Counted from the first letter of the stretch, positions 9,000 through 19,903 are shown. The stretch is DNA of 64,000 nt from a bacterium (GCA_965209155.1 OZ242383.1:2688001-2752000), one strand, 5' to 3'. Translations and numbers: made by a program. The notes: generated by a model not told the origin, from the letters alone.

Positions 9000-10250
9000 A
9001 TGCCGACTCATAGCGCTGAAATACTTTCCCAGGGAGATGAAGTGGTCACCGGGCAGACGGTGGATACGAATGCTGCTTGGATTTCTGAACGTTTGACAGA
9101 ATTGGGATTCATGGTCCTGCGCCACACCGCGGTGGGAGACCGACTTGAAGACATTCGTGACCTGGTCCGCGACGCTGCGGCTCGATCCTCTCTTTGTATC
9201 TGCACGGGAGGCTTGGGTCCTACAGAAGACGATTTAACAGCCCAGGCAGTAGCGGAAGCATTTGACCGACCCTTGCGGCTGGATTCAGTTGCCCTGGAGC
9301 ATATTGCCGGTTTTTTCAAACGGGTGAATCGTCCAATGTCCGTTGTCAATCGCAAGCAGGCCTACCTGCCGGAAGGTGCCATCCGTTTGAACAACCACTG
9401 GGGAACCGCCCCCGGATTCGCCATCGAACAAGGGCATTCCTGGCTGGCTTTTTTACCCGGTGTTCCGCGTGAAATGAAACAAATGGTATCCCATTGCGTG
9501 GAACCATTGCTCTGCAAACTGTTCCACCTCGAGCCCAGCCGATTGATCACCTTCCGTACGGTAGGCGTTGGCGAGTCCACCCTGCAGGAACAGATAGGGC
9601 CCTTCAACCACCCTGTGGTGACGCTCAGCTATCGGACTATGCATCCGGAAAACCAAGTCAAATTGCGATTCCCTGGCGATTTCCCGGACAACGAATTGCA
9701 AACCGTCGTCCAGGATATTGCATCTCGCATTGGAAGTTCTGTTTTTGCTACTGAAGGATTGGACGAACCGGGAGGAAGTCTCGTGGAAGTGGTAGCGAGA
9801 CAGATGCAAAGTCGCCAAGAGCGGATCGCCCTGCTGGAAATCAGCACCGGCGGTCATTTGACAGCAACTTGCAGTGCCTTGAACGGCCAGTCGGACTGGC
9901 TTGCCCGGTCGATAGTTTTGGGACCCCGTGATCCTTTGCATGAATTTGGAGTGCCGGCGCATCTCTTAGGCGAACACGGACCCGTTTCCGCTCCTGTGGC
10001 TTGCGCCTTGGCCCAGTCCATTCGCAAACGCACCGGGGCGACGTATGGTTTGGCAACGACTGGTATTGAAGAAATTGAAAAAAGTGCTGGTGATCGATCC
10101 ACTGGAATTGTGTTTGTAGCGCTTGCCACTCCCAAAAAGACTCATCCACGCCAATTGCTTACTTTTGGTGATCCATCCCGCATCCAACGTATGGGGACTG
10201 CGGAGTCGCTGGACCTGCTGCGTCGTGAATTCGCAAACATGCTGGACTGA
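9000..10250 (+). CDS. cinA: competence/damage-inducible protein CinA (MoCF-like domain plus degenerate PncC domain)
   Basis: GDEVVTGQTVDTNA, TGGLGPTEDDLT, GTAPG, LPGVPREM; C-terminal PncC-like HGPVS...TG. Confidence 0.85.
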   Translation: MPTHSAEILSQGDEVVTGQTVDTNAAWISERLTELGFMVLRHTAVGDRLEDIRDLVRDAAARSSLCICTGGLGPTEDDLTAQAVAEAFDRPLRLDSVALEHIAGFFKRVNRPMSVVNRKQAYLPEGAIRLNNHWGTAPGFAIEQGHSWLAFLPGVPREMKQMVSHCVEPLLCKLFHLEPSRLITFRTVGVGESTLQEQIGPFNHPVVTLSYRTMHPENQVKLRFPGDFPDNELQTVVQDIASRIGSSVFATEGLDEPGGSLVEVVARQMQSRQERIALLEISTGGHLTATCSALNGQSDWLARSIVLGPRDPLHEFGVPAHLLGEHGPVSAPVACALAQSIRKRTGATYGLATTGIEEIEKSAGDRSTGIVFVALATPKKTHPRQLLTFGDPSRIQRMGTAESLDLLRREFANMLD

Positions 10251-10406
10251 ACAAGAACTCCCTTTCGCCAAAGGGCCGTTGGGAGAATACGAAGCTTTGC
10301 GGAAGAGACGCGAAATGACGAGCATGCGACCTGCCAGACTATGGTTTGCTTTTCAGGGCTTGGGTAGTCGCATTTACATTTTTTCGAAACTGAAATCAAA
10401 TCTTTT

Positions 10407-11630
10407 ATGACGAAATCTTCTCCCTCCAATTTTTTTAACAAGCCTGGCAACATCGTAATACAGGTTCTCCCCCTTTTCTTATTATTTTTCCTGGTTTTTA
10501 TGGACCACCTGATGATGGTTCCACTCGGTGCCAGTATTGCTGAAGACGTTGGGCTGGCTCCGGAGCGAAGTGGATATTTGATTGCCATTTATCCTTTGGT
10601 TGCCGCAATTTCCGCATTGGTGACAGCTCCATTTTCAGACCGCTGGGGACGTAAAAAGATGCTGATTATTCTCTCCAGTGGATTTTGCCTCGCAACCTTG
10701 GGTTGCGCGCTTTCGTACAACGTCTTTACCATATTTGCTTTTCGGATCGTCTCTGCCATGTTTGGCGGGCCCATCATGCCCAACGTCCTCGCATTTACCG
10801 GAGACCTTTTTCAAGGAGAGCAACGGACGAAAGCCATGACAACCGTCATGCTCGGGTTTGCGACCTCCTCTATCTTAGGCGTCCCATTTGGCGCCTGGAC
10901 GGGAGATTATTTTTCCTGGAAAGCCCCCTTTTATATTGTTGCCTTGGCTACGATATTTTGCATCTTTGGTATAACTCACATGAGACCAGCGGTCACCGGG
11001 ATCAAACCGGGCAAGATTTTCGTTCAGTATCTCGAACTGTTTCAATTGTGGAACTTGAAAGTAGTAAGGAATCTTTTTTTTGCCCAGTTCTTTATGTTGG
11101 TCGGTCTTTTTGGTTTGATTCCAAATATGGGGGTCTGGCTCACTATGAATTTGGGGATGAGCGCCACCCAGGTCGGTCTTTGTTATATGCAAGGAGGAAT
11201 AGGGGGAGTGATTGGCAATCAGCTATCCGGATTGATGTTGAAAATTTTTTCAAAATCGAATGTCGTGATTTTGGGATCAACGATTATGGGTTTTGTTTTA
11301 TTTCTTTTTACCAACATTCCTTTTCCCGCGATTTTAGCAGGATTGTTCATGGCAGGAATGATGCTGGGAGGCTCCATGAGAATGCCCGCTTTTCAGTTGA
11401 TGCTCACCGAATCGGTCCCCATTTACAAGAGAGGGCGATTGATGTCGATGAGTATGATCGTGGCAAACATTTCCATGGGGATCGGGGGTCTTTGGTCCAC
11501 GCCCCTGCTCACGATTGAAAACGAACGACTGCACGGAATTTCCATTATCGGAATTGTCACTCTTTGCATGATATTAATTGTTGTTCCTCTCATCTATTCT
11601 GTCAGAGAAAGACCGGCTGAGGTCCACTGA
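10407..11630 (+). CDS. MFS transporter (DHA1/AraJ-like)
   Basis: About 12 hydrophobic segments; motif A PFSDRWGRKK. Confidence 0.88.
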   Translation: MTKSSPSNFFNKPGNIVIQVLPLFLLFFLVFMDHLMMVPLGASIAEDVGLAPERSGYLIAIYPLVAAISALVTAPFSDRWGRKKMLIILSSGFCLATLGCALSYNVFTIFAFRIVSAMFGGPIMPNVLAFTGDLFQGEQRTKAMTTVMLGFATSSILGVPFGAWTGDYFSWKAPFYIVALATIFCIFGITHMRPAVTGIKPGKIFVQYLELFQLWNLKVVRNLFFAQFFMLVGLFGLIPNMGVWLTMNLGMSATQVGLCYMQGGIGGVIGNQLSGLMLKIFSKSNVVILGSTIMGFVLFLFTNIPFPAILAGLFMAGMMLGGSMRMPAFQLMLTESVPIYKRGRLMSMSMIVANISMGIGGLWSTPLLTIENERLHGISIIGIVTLCMILIVVPLIYSVRERPAEVH

Positions 11631-11672
11631 GCAAAAAGAGCGAAGCAACACCCCGCTTCGCGCAACGTGGGG

Positions 11673-12536
11673 TCAATAAGCTCTTTTTATGGTCACGCGA
11701 ACATTGAGTTTTTCGGTTTTACCGCCTTTAAAAAATCCCTTGTGAAGCGGAACCTCCGCATAATCTCTGCCCACTGCCGTTTTGATATGCTGAATACCAA
11801 CCATCCTGTTATTCGTGGGGTCAAAACCCAGCCAACCGAGCGTTGGCAGATAACACTCACACCAGGCATGGCTCTCACCAGTCGTGTTGGTTTTCTCGTC
11901 TGCTTTATCTTGATACATATATCCCGACACATATCTCGAAGCAATGCCCCAAAAACGGGCAATCGTGATCATGACATGGGCATAGTCCTGACAAACCCCC
12001 TGCCTGGAAGTCAAAATCTCATCAATGGCCGAATGGGCGTTCGTACTTCCGGGCTTATAAGTGAATACCGAGAAAAGTTTGGCATTGAGACGCTTCAAGC
12101 TGATTAAAGGACCTGAATGTTTTTTGATCTCTTCCTCCAACAAAAATTTTTTTAATGGATCAGACACTCTCGTGAAATATCCGGATTGAAACCAAGGCCA
12201 CATTTGTCCTGATTGCTCAACTTCCTTTAAATTTTCCCAACCGGTGTCACTCGAATTAACCGGAGGGGTATCAGGAGCCGTCACTGTGGTTTGAAACGAG
12301 GAACAAATTTTTAAATTTTGATGATCCCTTAAAATATTAAAAATCTGCTTCGTATTGCCATATTGATCTTTAAATTGGAAAATTTCAGCCCTTGGAGTCA
12401 ACTTCAAATCATACCAATCCAGTCGTTGATGATTGTCCTGCAAAGGCATCATATTCAATACAAGAACATTTTCCCGGATGGGTTGGTTATAGATAAATTC
12501 AGTGGAATGCCGGACAGTATAAGAGCGCTTATTCAT
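11673..12536 (-). CDS. transglutaminase family protein
   Basis: N-terminal YTVRHSTEFIY; GVCQDYAH, RYVSGY, SHAWCE, GWLGFDPTN catalytic motifs. Confidence 0.92.
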   Translation of the reverse strand: MNKRSYTVRHSTEFIYNQPIRENVLVLNMMPLQDNHQRLDWYDLKLTPRAEIFQFKDQYGNTKQIFNILRDHQNLKICSSFQTTVTAPDTPPVNSSDTGWENLKEVEQSGQMWPWFQSGYFTRVSDPLKKFLLEEEIKKHSGPLISLKRLNAKLFSVFTYKPGSTNAHSAIDEILTSRQGVCQDYAHVMITIARFWGIASRYVSGYMYQDKADEKTNTTGESHAWCECYLPTLGWLGFDPTNNRMVGIQHIKTAVGRDYAEVPLHKGFFKGGKTEKLNVRVTIKRAY

Positions 12537-13510
12537 ACGGACTTTCGCCGCTGCGTACTAGTTTTGATATACACTGCATCAATGGCTTCGGCGGATTGGA
12601 CAGATTCCTGGTAAAGGAGATTTAAAAATTCATTCAGAGGCTGGTCGGAATGGGCATTCTTCAAATTATTTTCTATCTTCTCCAGCGATTGATAAATGGC
12701 CCTGTTGACCTCGCCTTTCTCCTCGATATAAGAAAGAAATTCTTTTATTTTATCATTGCAAAAATTCAGAGAACTGGAAAAACCGGAGGCATACAACAGA
12801 AAGTCTGTCACTTTTCGGAGTGTTAAATCCAGGGAGTGCACTTGACGATAGTTGTCAAAAGCTCCACAGCGAAGCAACAAACCAATCAAATCCTCCTCTT
12901 CCTCTTTTTGGACCCTCGTTATTAAAGAAAGGTGATTTTCAAAAATAGAAGCCGTATTTTGAAATCTTTCCAGGTAACGTCCTATTTGAATAAAAGATAC
13001 GGCCTCATCCTGGTAAAGCGAATCCTGCGCTAATCCGTAAAACAGACCACAGAACTCCTGAATATCTTTATAGAGATCAATAATTTTATCCGACCACAGA
13101 TCTTTTAAACTCAACTTTTTGAGCCGCAAATAAGTTTTATTGATATGAGGCCACATCAAACTGGTCATTTTTTCCTGATTTTGACGGGCGTTTTCTCTTG
13201 CAAATTCCAAGCAACTCAGAATGGAGCCTGGATGATGGGTTTCAAAAGTGAGATAGTCTACCAGAGTGTAAGCATCCGCCAGTAAAAAATCATCAGCAAG
13301 CGGACTCTCTTCTATTTCCTTGGAGAGAAAATCTCCATCCAAACCCGGTATTTTCAAGCTGTCAAAAATACCTTTCCAACCAGCCGCTACGAAATCCGGG
13401 GAATCTTGAGGCATTTCATTGATTTGAACAAGCAGAAGGCGGGAAATGCAGTTGGCTCTTTCTACATATCTCCCCATCCAATAAAAATTGTTTGCCACGC
13501 GAGACAGCAT
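12533..13510 (-). CDS. alpha-E domain protein (DUF403)
   Basis: MLSRVANNFYWMGRYVERA, ARENAR, IGRYLER motifs. Confidence 0.9.
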   Translation of the reverse strand: MLSRVANNFYWMGRYVERANCISRLLLVQINEMPQDSPDFVAAGWKGIFDSLKIPGLDGDFLSKEIEESPLADDFLLADAYTLVDYLTFETHHPGSILSCLEFARENARQNQEKMTSLMWPHINKTYLRLKKLSLKDLWSDKIIDLYKDIQEFCGLFYGLAQDSLYQDEAVSFIQIGRYLERFQNTASIFENHLSLITRVQKEEEEDLIGLLLRCGAFDNYRQVHSLDLTLRKVTDFLLYASGFSSSLNFCNDKIKEFLSYIEEKGEVNRAIYQSLEKIENNLKNAHSDQPLNEFLNLLYQESVQSAEAIDAVYIKTSTQRRKSV

Positions 13511-13523
13511 AAAAACTCCTTAC

Positions 13524-14990
13524 TCAGGCATCATTCAGAATCCACATGTCTTTCGAACCGCCACCCTGGCTGGAATTGACAATTAAACTTCCTTCTTTCA
13601 AAGCCACGCGGCACAACCCGCCTGGTACGATGTCCGCCTGAAAGTTCCTGGCAAACAAAACAAAAGGCCTTAAATCAACATGGCGTCCCTGGATCTTCCC
13701 CTCTATAAAACAAGGGGAAGTGGACAGGTCCAAAACAGGTTGAGAAATATAATTTTCTGGATTTTTCTTTATTTTCTCTTTGTATTCCTCCATCTGCTTT
13801 TTATCGACCTGAGGTCCAATCAGCAGGCCGTAACCCCCAGACCCTCCAACAGGCTTGACCACCAGGCGATGTAAATTGTCCAGGGTGTAATCCAAACCCT
13901 TTTTCTCACGGCACCTGTGGGTCTCGACATTTTGCAACAGGGGATCCTGCTTCAAGTAATATTTGATAATCTCCGGAACGTAGCTGTAGGTTGCTTTATC
14001 ATCAGCTACCCCCGTTCCCGGGGCATTGGCGATAATCACCGAGCCGGATTTATAGGCGGCGAATAAACCTGGAACTCCCAGTACCGAATCCGGACGAAAA
14101 GTCAGAGGATCTAAAAAGACATCGTCAATTCTCCTGTAAATGATATCCACTTTTTTAAGATCTTTAATGGTTTTCATATAAATGGCGTTGTTATTGAAAA
14201 CCAGGTCCTGACCCTGGACCAGTTCGATTCCCATTTGGCCTGCCAGAAAAGCATGTTCAAAAAATGCGGAATTAAAAACACCAGGTGTCAGGAGAACCAC
14301 GGTGGGGTTTTCCTTTTCCGAAAGACTGCTCAAGGATCTTAAAAGCCGAAGCGCGTAGTCATCGATACGCCTGACATTGCACTTTCTGAATAAGCGGAGA
14401 AAATTTTGCTTCATCACCTGACGGCACATGAGCATATAGGAACTCCCCGAAGGCACTCTCAAGTTATCCTCCAAAACAAAAAAGCCCTCGTTCGTTCGCA
14501 CGATATCCGTTCCGCAAAGATTGACGTAAACATCAAAGGGAACGGCCGTATTTTTCATCTCCTTCAGAAAATGGGGAGACCCGTAAATCAAGTCTTTCGG
14601 CACCACCCCATCTTTTAAAATTTTTTCGTCCGTATATATGTCTTTCAGAAAAAGGTTTAAAGCAATCAACCTTTGATTCAATCCCTTTTCAATAAAGTCC
14701 CAATCCCCCGAATTCATCATTCGGGGAATTATGTCCATTGGAAATATTTTCCCCTCCACTGACTTTGTGCCTTCGTAGACATTGAAGGTGATGCCTTCGT
14801 TAAGAAAAAAACGCTTGCTTAAATTATCGGCCTTTTGAATGTCCTGTGAAGACAACTGATTGAATTCCTGCACAAAATACCGGGAAAAAGGATGAGGCTC
14901 ATCACTCCGTAAAAACATTTCATCATAAAAATCGAGATTTTTATGATATTTATTCAGTAACTGAGATGAAATGTCTTGTCTCTTCAACAT
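13524..14990 (-). CDS. circularly permuted type 2 ATP-grasp protein
   Basis: GITFNVY, VLEDNLRVPSG, NSAFFEHAFLA, YRRIDD, NAPGTGVADDK, VNSSQGGGSKDMW. Confidence 0.93.
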   Translation of the reverse strand: MLKRQDISSQLLNKYHKNLDFYDEMFLRSDEPHPFSRYFVQEFNQLSSQDIQKADNLSKRFFLNEGITFNVYEGTKSVEGKIFPMDIIPRMMNSGDWDFIEKGLNQRLIALNLFLKDIYTDEKILKDGVVPKDLIYGSPHFLKEMKNTAVPFDVYVNLCGTDIVRTNEGFFVLEDNLRVPSGSSYMLMCRQVMKQNFLRLFRKCNVRRIDDYALRLLRSLSSLSEKENPTVVLLTPGVFNSAFFEHAFLAGQMGIELVQGQDLVFNNNAIYMKTIKDLKKVDIIYRRIDDVFLDPLTFRPDSVLGVPGLFAAYKSGSVIIANAPGTGVADDKATYSYVPEIIKYYLKQDPLLQNVETHRCREKKGLDYTLDNLHRLVVKPVGGSGGYGLLIGPQVDKKQMEEYKEKIKKNPENYISQPVLDLSTSPCFIEGKIQGRHVDLRPFVLFARNFQADIVPGGLCRVALKEGSLIVNSSQGGGSKDMWILNDA

Positions 14991-15142
14991 AGGGAAAACA
15001 AATAATTACTGAGGTTTATATTTGCTCTGCTTTTCTAATGAGGTTCCCGGGCATTCGTTCAATGCCCCCTTGTCTTTTCACTTAGTTTTTCAAAGTCATG
15101 ATTGGAAACAAATCCTGGATGGGAACCAATCTGCAAACTTAT

Positions 15143-17662
15143 TTACGACCCGAACAAGTACTTGACAGCCAGGAACACCGTACGTCCCATAGACGAATCC
15201 AGCGTTACGTTCGCACCAGACAGGCCAGGAACGGTGGGGTCGGTGGACGGGCCACGATCCCCGATATTGAGCACACCGCCCGAGAGACTCAAACCTTTTA
15301 CTCCGGAAGGGTCACTCCAGCGCAGTGTGACGTCATGCCCTATCCATGCTTTATACTTAGCAGTTCTACTAACGTTCCGATAGCCGGATCGTCCGTACAC
15401 GCTCCATTTGGCAGAGACATCGCCATGAGTCGCCCGGAGCGAAATATGAGCGCGATCGCGTGGATAATCGCCTGGGTTTTTCACACCTGCCACCCGACTC
15501 TCGAGCCGGGTCACGTGGGACCAACGCGTGTCGAGGATCAAATCCGCCAAGTCGGTTTCCCACCCGGACCGCATTCGCAAGCCGAGACCGGAAACGTCTG
15601 ATTCCCCGCTATTGTACAATGGACTCTCGATTCTCGTGATGAGATCTCCATCTCGTAAAACCTCCGCTCCAGGTGGCAGTTCCCCTTTCGTTTCCAGGTC
15701 GACGATGGATTGCGCAGGCAATTCACGCGGCAAGTCGGAAATCTTGATTTGAAACTGTTCCAGGTCGAAAGAGAAATTTCCCAGGTTCACAGAGGCGCCG
15801 TAGCTGATACTTTCCGCTTCGTCCGGTTTCAGGTCCGAGTTCCCCACGCTCGCGCGTGGCACTTGGTATTCCCTGCAATCGGCACGCGGTCCGACGAAAC
15901 TACTCGTATCGCAAACACGAGGATAATCGAGCGTTTCGAGCTGGTGCAGCGCTCTCAGGCTGGGCGCTCTGGAGCCCTCGCTCCAGGAAGCGCGGAGTGT
16001 GAGGTTGTGGGTCAACCGGAGCCAGCTGGCGATCTTGTGCGAAAACGTCGCGCCGACGTCGTCGTGATCGTCACGGCGTCCGGCCAAGTGGAGGCCTGAA
16101 TCGTTGTGTAACGGGACGGAAACTCCCGCGAAAGCCGACCAACTACGCCGCATACCAGAGGCTGAATTGCCGGCGGACCCAAGTACGTCGTTCGCATCAT
16201 AGGAACGGTTGTCCGCGTCCCGGTAATCATAGACGTCTCGCCAGTCCAAGTTTGCGATTTCGGCTCCCATCGTCCACCTCGAGTCGCCGCCTCCAAGGGA
16301 AAATGCCGTGCCATTCAGGGTTGCGCGGGCGGTCTTGTAATCCGTGACATAATCACGAGTCAACCGCAGTCCGGTTTCCTGCACGGTCGACAGGTGCGTG
16401 GGGTCTGTGGAGAGCGGATTCTCGATGTTGTAACGACCCTCTATGATGGCACTCCGGATTGCGCTCTCACTCACGAAGGTAGCCCCGCTTTCGACTGCGT
16501 TATAACGATACGACTGGAAATGAGTATCATAGCCAATGCTTTCGGTGAATCGTCCACGAAGGCCGAGAGTGAGATCATATTCTTCAAAATCCCAACGCCA
16601 ATCGCGATTGCCGTGGCGAACGAAACGATGGGCCGCATTGAGAATTTCCGGAATGGATTCAATCCCGGGATCCTGAAGCAGTTTTTCTTTGAGTGTCTCC
16701 GAGGGAGTGAAAATGAAGGTACCGACGGAAGGAGCATATCGAAACGCGGTTTCACCTTGCGCGATGCGAACGTCGGTATACAAGCTTGCGTCGTCATCAA
16801 GCGGGTGATCGAGGTTGAAATAGAAGCTATCTCGTTCAAAACGCTGCCGGTGCCACGAAATATCCGCGTAGGCGAAGCCGCATCCGGTACCAGAGAGGTT
16901 GTAGGGGTTGCTGAGTACGCCCGTGTAGGCGCTTCCCTTGCAGTCTCCGAGGGGACGCGCGACCGAACCTTCAGTTCCGCGAATGAAAACGGTGTTACCG
17001 CCTACTGAAACATTGGCCACATCGGCAAATGATCCACCCTGCCTCCAAAACGCGCGGCTGTAGTCCCGATCAATATCGCGAATCTCTTGTCGCCGGAAAG
17101 CGTCCACTCCCATGGTCACATGCCCGCTTCCGAACGTTCCTCCCCATAAGGCGCTCCCGTGTTCGGAGTCGCCACCCTCCCGCTTCGGTCTAGTTGCGCT
17201 TCCCTGGAATTCGGCTCCTTCGTAGTCACTTCTGAGAACAATGTTGACCGATCCACCGATCGCGTACCCACCATACAGGGCGACGGCGCTGTCGCTGAAA
17301 ATCTCGATGCGCTCGACTGCCGATATTGGAATGGATCCCAGCGCGTAGGACCCCGGGCGACCATTAACGAGAATTGCGACGCGACCGATTCCCAGAACGA
17401 ATGGCCGGTAGAGACCAAAATTGTTGTAGCCCATCCGTTCCAACAGCAGTTCCTCGACATTTCTCATGCCGGACAGTTCGATATCAATCCGGTCGATCAC
17501 GCTGATCGGGGTTGCGTCGTTTATTGCAGCCGGAATGTGACTCGCCACCGAGGGAGCGTTCTCGGCTGACTCCTCTTGCGCCATCGCGAACGATGTCGTC
17601 AAAACTATCATCACCACAATGGTTGACTCAAATATTCTATTGATACGGATTCGATTAATCAT
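15143..17662 (-). CDS. TonB-dependent receptor
   Basis: Plug domain PISVIDR..IELSG...IPISAVERIEI..A.ALYG..AIGG.VNIV; beta-barrel body; C-terminal GRTVFLAVKYLF; RBS AAGGAG before ATG 17662. Confidence 0.88.
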   Translation of the reverse strand: MINRIRINRIFESTIVVMIVLTTSFAMAQEESAENAPSVASHIPAAINDATPISVIDRIDIELSGMRNVEELLLERMGYNNFGLYRPFVLGIGRVAILVNGRPGSYALGSIPISAVERIEIFSDSAVALYGGYAIGGSVNIVLRSDYEGAEFQGSATRPKREGGDSEHGSALWGGTFGSGHVTMGVDAFRRQEIRDIDRDYSRAFWRQGGSFADVANVSVGGNTVFIRGTEGSVARPLGDCKGSAYTGVLSNPYNLSGTGCGFAYADISWHRQRFERDSFYFNLDHPLDDDASLYTDVRIAQGETAFRYAPSVGTFIFTPSETLKEKLLQDPGIESIPEILNAAHRFVRHGNRDWRWDFEEYDLTLGLRGRFTESIGYDTHFQSYRYNAVESGATFVSESAIRSAIIEGRYNIENPLSTDPTHLSTVQETGLRLTRDYVTDYKTARATLNGTAFSLGGGDSRWTMGAEIANLDWRDVYDYRDADNRSYDANDVLGSAGNSASGMRRSWSAFAGVSVPLHNDSGLHLAGRRDDHDDVGATFSHKIASWLRLTHNLTLRASWSEGSRAPSLRALHQLETLDYPRVCDTSSFVGPRADCREYQVPRASVGNSDLKPDEAESISYGASVNLGNFSFDLEQFQIKISDLPRELPAQSIVDLETKGELPPGAEVLRDGDLITRIESPLYNSGESDVSGLGLRMRSGWETDLADLILDTRWSHVTRLESRVAGVKNPGDYPRDRAHISLRATHGDVSAKWSVYGRSGYRNVSRTAKYKAWIGHDVTLRWSDPSGVKGLSLSGGVLNIGDRGPSTDPTVPGLSGANVTLDSSMGRTVFLAVKYLFGS

Positions 17663-17789
17663 CGTAAATCTCCTTTTTCGCATGTCTAAGAAGCAAGAAT
17701 CCCGGATTGTGTCAAATAAAATAGCAGAAATCATATAAAACTTAAATTGGCAGAATCCGCATTGAGTTCACATCGCCAATTGCTCCTTA

Positions 17790-18509
17790 TTACTTGCTCC
17801 ATTTTGCAAGAAATCGCTCCACTTCTTGTTTGGCAGCAGGTTGATGCTCAGGCTCCCGCCAAAATTCAATGAGGGACGCATTGGGTGCCAAAGAGGCGAT
17901 TTCTTTGGATATTTCCGCAGGATGGAATTCGTCGTTGCCCTGCAGGACGAGCATTGGGGTTTCACACTGTGAGACGAATTCACGGGAGACGTTGAAGAGA
18001 AATTCCCCCTGAAACATCGATTTTTTAAAAGCATCCCAAACAGTTTCACTTACCTCGGGACGTCTTGGTTTCAATTCCTCCGCCCAACTGTCGAACAGCC
18101 CGAAAAAGACGTTGCGGTTGTTATGGAAGCCGATCGACTGAAATATAACGAAAGATGCCACCCTTTGAGGAACCACCTGGATAAGTCCCATACCGTAAGG
18201 ACCGCCAATGCACATCCCCACCACATGGAATCGGTCTACTCCAAGATAATCCAATAAGGCGAGTTGATCTTCCCTGTAGACATGCCAGCCATCACTTGCT
18301 CGAATAGGTGCAGAAGATTGGCCGGCATTTCGTTGGTCCATAGCAATGATGCGATAGCTGGAGGCGAGTTGTTCGATGGGATTCCAGTCTTGCTCTTTCC
18401 ACATGGGTATCGAGGAGCGCATCCCTCCGGGAGCAATGAACAAAATCGGAAAACCCGAACCATGATCTTCATAGTAGATTTGAATGTCGTCGCGTTCAAA
18501 TACTGGCAT
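17790..18509 (-). CDS. alpha/beta fold hydrolase
   Basis: IYYEDHGSG.P, AMDQRNAGQS, nucleophile elbow GMCIGG (Cys), PMLVLQGNDEFHP. Confidence 0.85.
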   Translation of the reverse strand: MPVFERDDIQIYYEDHGSGFPILFIAPGGMRSSIPMWKEQDWNPIEQLASSYRIIAMDQRNAGQSSAPIRASDGWHVYREDQLALLDYLGVDRFHVVGMCIGGPYGMGLIQVVPQRVASFVIFQSIGFHNNRNVFFGLFDSWAEELKPRRPEVSETVWDAFKKSMFQGEFLFNVSREFVSQCETPMLVLQGNDEFHPAEISKEIASLAPNASLIEFWREPEHQPAAKQEVERFLAKWSK

Positions 18510-18529
18510 GGTTGAACCTTTCTATATAT

Positions 18530-18720
18530 TATGCGAATCGGGAGTTGAAAATTAATTTATAAAATCGATAATTTAATAATTACGATGTGTCATGCCGGTC
18601 CCGGATCATCCTGGTCCCGGATCAAGTCCGGGATGATCCGGCATCCAAAATATCGCCCGTATCCCCCTGGATGCCTGGTCAAGCCAGGAATGACGAGTTT
18701 TTTAACTCCTGATTCACGTA
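18530..18720 (+). mobile_element. MITE-like repeat, copy A
   Basis: Terminal inverted repeats TATGCGAATCGGGAGTTGAAA / TTTTAACTCCTGATTCACGTA; internal REP-like palindromes; near-identical copies at 25109 and 28243. Confidence 0.8.
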
Positions 18721-18985
18721 TAAAGTATGTTTGTTGACCTGATTTTTCATTATTCGAATGCTTCCATTGCTATTCATCAATTGTGGGCAATGGATCACAT
18801 TAATGAGAAACTATCAGATTAGCGATTAAAATTCTATTAGTATTTCCAGATAAAATTTAAAATAGAAAAAGGTTGCCAACCTTGCAAAATTAGTCTATTC
18901 CTTGATCGTGAGAAATTGTTTTGAAGTATCTGAATAACCCTCGTGATGGACCAGATTTTATCATCTTTCTTCTCAGGAGAATTCC

Positions 18986-19822
18986 ATGAAGTTTGGTATT
19001 TGTATGTTTCCAACCGATTATGCCATCCATCCGGTTGAATTGGGCAAGGCGGCCGAAACTCTTGGGTTCGAGTCGATTTTTTTCCCGGAGCACACCCATA
19101 TTCCAACCAGTCGTCTCAGTCCCTGGCCTGGAGGCGCTGAACTTCCCCGGGAATACTTTCACTGCCACGATCCTTTTGTGGCATTGGGGGCGGTGGCGGG
19201 AGCCACCGAAAAAATAAAACTGGGAACCGGAATTTGCCTGGTGATTGAACGGGATCCCATCGTCCTGGCAAAGGAAGTCGCCAGTCTTGATTTTCTCTCC
19301 AAAGGGCGTTTGCTTTTTGGCATCGGAGGGGGATGGAATCTCGAAGAGATGGAAAATCATGGCACCGATCCAAACCGACGTTGGAAAGTGTTACGAGAAC
19401 GGATTGAGTCCATGAAGGAAATTTGGACCCGGGACGAAGCCGAATATCACGGCGAGTTTGTCAATTTCGATCCCATCTGGTCTTGGCCGAAGCCTGCGCA
19501 AAAACCGCATCCTCCCATAATAGTGGGCGGTAACGGTGCCAATACGCTGAATCGGGTCTTGCGATATGGAGATGAATGGATGCCCATCGGGCGTAGTGAG
19601 GATCTCAAGGAACGCATCGAGGAATTGAACCGATTGACTGAAGAAGCGGGTCGGGAGCCGGTCCCGGTGACGATATTCGGCATTCCGGCAAAATCTGAAG
19701 TAGTGGAAAAATACATCTCAATCGGAGTGAATCGCCTCCTTTTCGCCTTACCTCCTGAACCGGCAGATTCGACGCTTCCTTTGTTGCAGCGCTGCGCGGA
19801 GATTGCCAGAAACTATTCCTGA
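18986..19822 (+). CDS. LLM class oxidoreductase (predicted F420-dependent, Rv2161c-like)
   Basis: MKFGI..FPTDY, GFESIFFPEHTHIP, DPFVAL, AKEVASLDFLSKGR, PKPAQKPHPPI. Confidence 0.88.
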   Translation: MKFGICMFPTDYAIHPVELGKAAETLGFESIFFPEHTHIPTSRLSPWPGGAELPREYFHCHDPFVALGAVAGATEKIKLGTGICLVIERDPIVLAKEVASLDFLSKGRLLFGIGGGWNLEEMENHGTDPNRRWKVLRERIESMKEIWTRDEAEYHGEFVNFDPIWSWPKPAQKPHPPIIVGGNGANTLNRVLRYGDEWMPIGRSEDLKERIEELNRLTEEAGREPVPVTIFGIPAKSEVVEKYISIGVNRLLFALPPEPADSTLPLLQRCAEIARNYS

Positions 19823-19903
19823 CGAATCGGCCATTAATCTGAATAAAATTTTGCAAGGATCATTAGGGACTTTCGGAAAGTTGTTCGAAAAAATATAGAA
19901 TTT

